From contig JBLDXI010000031.1 of assembly GCA_047495785.1 (NCBI GenBank), forward strand, positions 1,054,001 through 1,118,000: DNA of 64,000 bases, given 5' to 3'. The translations under genes and the position numbers were made by a program. This stretch comes from Lepidodermella squamata (taxonomy: Eukaryota > Animalia > Gastrotricha). Shown here piece after piece: positions 62,284 through 64,000 of this stretch (its first letter is position 1; each line of letters begins with the position of its first letter). The notes beneath the pieces are model-generated. The model did not search any database. It worked only from the letters and a program-made list of their open reading frames with translations, and had not been told where the DNA came from.

Positions 62284-62819
62284 ATACCGAGCAGATCAAT
62301 CAATTTGTATCACATGACAAGTTTTTATCACAGGCTCGAACTCTGGTTGTGCCTTGCGATGGCCTCGTTGAAATAGGTCTCGTTCCAGATCTTAAGCGCC
62401 CCTTAGGCATAATTGTTAATACGGATGAATCTCATCGGCCTGGTCGTCACTGGGTGTCTATTTTTCTGTCAAAAAGCAGCACTGAATTTTTTGACTCACT
62501 CGGGCAAGAGCCTTCCTACTATAGCTGCTATATAGATAATTTTCTAAAGCTGAATGCCAAAGGAATTCCTTTTTCTAATGTTACCTTTCGTAGTTTACAA
62601 CATTCGCGGAATAAAGTTTGCGCTTTATATTGTATTCTTTTTATCAGACATCGTAGCAAAGGTCTTAGTCCATCGCGTTTTCTCGCCTCATTTTCAGCGA
62701 GTAACTTACATAGTAACGACTTGCTAGTTTACAAAAGCGCACGTAGAATATTCAAAGCCTATAAAAGGCTTCAGACCTGCATTCAGCCTATTTTACCTAG
62801 AGATGGCAACATACTATAG
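62280..62819 (+). CDS. Adenain-like cysteine maturation protease
   Basis: IIVNTDESHRPGRHWV, EFFDSLG and LQ.....VCALYC show an intact His-Asp-Cys triad and oxyanion Gln. Confidence 0.93.
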   Translation: MNTEQINQFVSHDKFLSQARTLVVPCDGLVEIGLVPDLKRPLGIIVNTDESHRPGRHWVSIFLSKSSTEFFDSLGQEPSYYSCYIDNFLKLNAKGIPFSNVTFRSLQHSRNKVCALYCILFIRHRSKGLSPSRFLASFSASNLHSNDLLVYKSARRIFKAYKRLQTCIQPILPRDGNIL

Positions 62820-63577
62820 CTTATTATCACCACCGCCTCCATCAGCGCTGCCTATTATACACCCTTCAGCTAGTATAATTTTCGGGTTCGGTCTTTTTTA
62901 TTCAACTTCCTTCTCTCTTCGCTTACACTGGAAATATTCCCAGACCTTCAGGATGTGGCAAATCAACGCTGCTTTATCGGATAATCGCGGCTGATCCCTT
63001 TTCAATCTATCCTTACCCGACTCGTATATTTTTCTATTACGGAATTTGGCAGCCGTTATACGATCGTCTAGCTTCAGCTACGAAATGCCTTCGAGGCATT
63101 GATATTGAATTCATACAAGGAATCGAAACGTTTAGCGTTGATAACATCGATTCAGCACAAAACTCGGTAATTGTTTTTGACGATCTCTACTCGGATTGCA
63201 ATGATTCGGCAGAGGTTCTTCGGCTGTTTGTAATGGGAGTACATCACAAGTCCTGCACCGTCTTTCTAGTTTCCCAAACTCTATTCCCTCGCGGATCCTG
63301 CAGCGTACAGCTTCGAAATAACGCCCATTACATTTTCTGTTTCGCAACACGTACCGACGCCGGTCAACTACGCAGATTTCTTCAACAAATTTTTCCAACA
63401 AATTGGCGACAAGTTCTCAAGTGCTATGAAAACGCCACAAACTCCACAGATGTCGATGTCGATGGAAAATATTTACTTCTCGACTTGAATCATGACACGC
63501 CTGCTGTTATGCGAATCCGAGCTCAGCCAGGCTTTGGTTTGAACCCGGGTTTTGCATATAGCATAGAAAATAATTAA
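62803..63577 (+). CDS. A32/FtsK-like genome packaging ATPase, 238 aa; exons 62803-62885, 62944-63577
   Basis: Spliced HPSASIIFG|PSGCGKST (Walker A), YYGIWQPLY, VIVFDD (Walker B), GVHHKS...VSQTLF, LRNNAHY and YLLLDL. Confidence 0.92.
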
Positions 63578-63682
63578 TTACTTCTCGACTTGAATCATGA
63601 CACGCCTGCTGTTATGCGAATCCGAGCTCAGCCAGGCTTTGGTTTGAACCCGGGTTTTGCATATAGCATAGAAAATAATTAA
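63473..63682 (+). repeat. Exact 105-bp tandem duplication of the ATPase 3' end
   Basis: 63473-63577 is identical to 63578-63682. Confidence 0.95.
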
Positions 63683-63731
63683 AAAAAGGCTAATTATCAG
63701 TTTTTGCACTTTTTTCTAGTTTCTTTTGTTA

Positions 63732-64000
63732 ATGCAAAAGACTAAAGTTAAACGCAAACGACTTCTCCTTAACCTTGCTTTCATTATCAAGGCGAAGACA
63801 CGGCAACATCGTGCTCAACTAATAGCAATTGCCTCTTCGGCGATCATCAACTGCCTTGTTCACTGTGCCAGACACTTGGTTTACCGTAGCAAGACTCTAA
63901 ACGTACCTTCACGTCGCATTCTCGAGAAATTGAAGTCAAGTGGAACGAATACGGTTGAATTTAATCGCCGCGTGTTCCTCGAATACTTGCGAGAAATACC
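63732..64000 (+). CDS. Small basic Polinton protein (probable core protein), open to the window end
   Basis: MQKTKVKRKRLLLNLAFIIKAKTRQHRAQLIAIASSAIINCLVHCARHLV resembles the conserved basic Polinton ORF with the I..I.ECA.N.L pattern. Confidence 0.55.
   Translation, partial: MQKTKVKRKRLLLNLAFIIKAKTRQHRAQLIAIASSAIINCLVHCARHLVYRSKTLNVPSRRILEKLKSSGTNTVEFNRRVFLEYLREI

Larger units (their letters stand above)
57634..64000 (+). mobile_element. Polinton/Maverick (adintovirus-like) endogenous viral element, virion module; continues beyond the window
   Basis: Co-oriented, tightly packed integrase, minor capsid, core protein, major capsid, protease and ATPase. No pPolB or TIR in the window. Confidence 0.93.

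Noticed and set aside
60821-63577. Frameshifted, pseudogenised capsid and ATPase
   Set aside because: Every break is bounded by GT...AG, is 47-59 nt long, and its removal restores conserved motifs in frame.

Overview
This is eukaryotic DNA from an invertebrate animal with a compact genome: many ~45-60 nt GT-AG introns and a (TTAGGG)n tract. The ORF track therefore mostly shows exons, and I hand-spliced genes where the frames and motifs allowed it. Bases 1-52 kb hold host genes: a disrupted SLC5 transporter, C8orf74-like, C6orf163-like, a non-coding host gene with two intronic box C/D snoRNAs, a cytochrome b5-fused desaturase, a CYP2-clan P450, SVOP, a THAP-domain gene, BCS1L, FAM98, GTF2E2, an InaF-motif protein, a LOXHD1-like multi-PLAT protein, a repeat protein, histone H1, TMEM272-like and GTSF1/Asterix (absent from the ORF track). 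These are interspersed with MITEs, a Penelope remnant carrying a hammerhead motif, and a 2.4-kb palindrome made of two TA-flanked transposon copies. The most notable region is 52.6-64 kb. It holds a Polinton/Maverick-like virion module: integrase, small membrane protein, penton, core protein, major capsid, adenain protease, packaging ATPase and a basic protein. The major capsid is split by three host-sized spliceosomal introns and the ATPase by one intron inside Walker A; all four restore conserved frames. Two capsid introns also carry a TATA box or an AATAAA that could serve neighbouring genes. This module sits head-to-head, 82 bp away and with no visible TIR, from an 8-exon ~1335-codon NOF/MULE-type DDE transposase fused to a USP-like protease, a C2H2 finger and a dead protease copy. 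That arrangement suggests a composite transposon-virus. All protein family calls come from motif recognition by eye, not database searches. No pPolB and no element ends are visible in the window.
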